64,000 bases of DNA from Octopus sinensis (taxonomy: Eukaryota): contig NC_043002.1 in the NCBI RefSeq assembly GCF_006345805.1, forward strand, positions 33,790,001-33,854,000. The letters are read 5' to 3'. Shown piece after piece: positions 63,246 to 64,000 of the stretch (positions are counted from its first letter, which is position 1; each line of letters starts with the position of its first letter). The notes below the pieces were generated by a model that made no database searches, was not told where the DNA came from, and worked only from the letters and a program-made list of their open reading frames with translations. A program made the position numbers and the translations under genes.

Positions 63246-63749
63246 TAACCTATGTTGTACCACATTCACTGACGCTTCTATTGTCGCACATGTGTTAATT
63301 ATCTCGGCCTTATCACATGTTTCGGGAATCAGTTTTCACCAAAGCACATCACATCCTTAGACCTACTTTCCAAAATGTAGTCCTAGGTACATCTAGATCT
63401 GTAAACATGATGGCATGGTCACAACTTCAACAACTTCGATTATACATCTTTACAACAGGTTACTGACTTGATACCGAACATCAACGTGGACCTCTGTGTG
63501 AGACTGGAAGAGTTCAGACTTCTTATTTTTAACGTAAGGTTTCAAATTTTCGGAGAGAGTATGGCTGATTAAAATTGTTCCACGACCTCATTTTCTTTTT
63601 GAACGCTACTTTATTTTATCGATCTTTGGAACGATGAAAAGCAAATTCGATCTCAACAAGATTTGATATCATATCTAAAGATTTAACTAAATACTGCGAA
63701 GTTTTGTCATCAACGATTTACCACTCCCGTTCCTAATCTTAATGCCTTA

Positions 63750-64000
63750 TTTCCTCCGCCTTAGCGAAGGCAGAGGTGTTGTTTTCAGTCGTGTTTGTTT
63801 GTTTGTCCTTGGTCAAGATATCTCAAGAACTGCTGGATGGATTCGGATGAAATTTTCAGAGATGTTTGGCCTCGTGACTGGCACGAACTAATTAGATTTT
63901 GAGATCGATCCCGCACTGGACAAGGATTCTGGATTATTTTCCCTGTTTTTTTTTTTACTTAATTTTTGAGAGTGGTCGGTTCATTTTCAGTATTCTCGTT
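63750..64000 (+). mobile_element. Helentron-associated (HINE/DINE-1-like) element, 5' part
   Basis: tttcctccgccttagcgaaggcagagg...gtttgtttgtttgt...gatatctcaagaactgctggatggattcggatgaaatttt core arrangement. Confidence 0.6.

Overview
Eukaryotic, AT- and microsatellite-rich genomic DNA. The repeat families look like an octopod cephalopod (inference). Two conserved intron-rich genes lie head-to-head, and neither is visible as a long ORF. (1) WDR45/WIPI4 (PROPPIN autophagy beta-propeller) is on the minus strand: 9 coding exons from ATG 18132 to the window edge, plus a probable non-coding first exon near 28.1-28.3 kb. (2) RBM22 (Cwc2/Ecm2-type spliceosome factor) is on the plus strand: 9 exons, 28457..43927. 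The rest is transposon-derived: a near-intact DD34D mariner, maT-like and Chapaev3-like relics, Merlin-type and piggyBac-type MITEs, Helitrons, RTE/CR1/RLE-type LINE ends, tRNA-derived SINEs and simple repeats. Most notable: a tRNA-headed (Pol III box A/B) cassette carrying a minimal Penelope-type hammerhead ribozyme inside a 23-bp inverted repeat (13.74-14.04 kb); a 1-nt phase mismatch at the RBM22 exon 7/8 junction; and a Trp-to-Arg change in the conserved WIPI 'IWD' motif. All alignments were done by eye against remembered family consensus; no database search was run.
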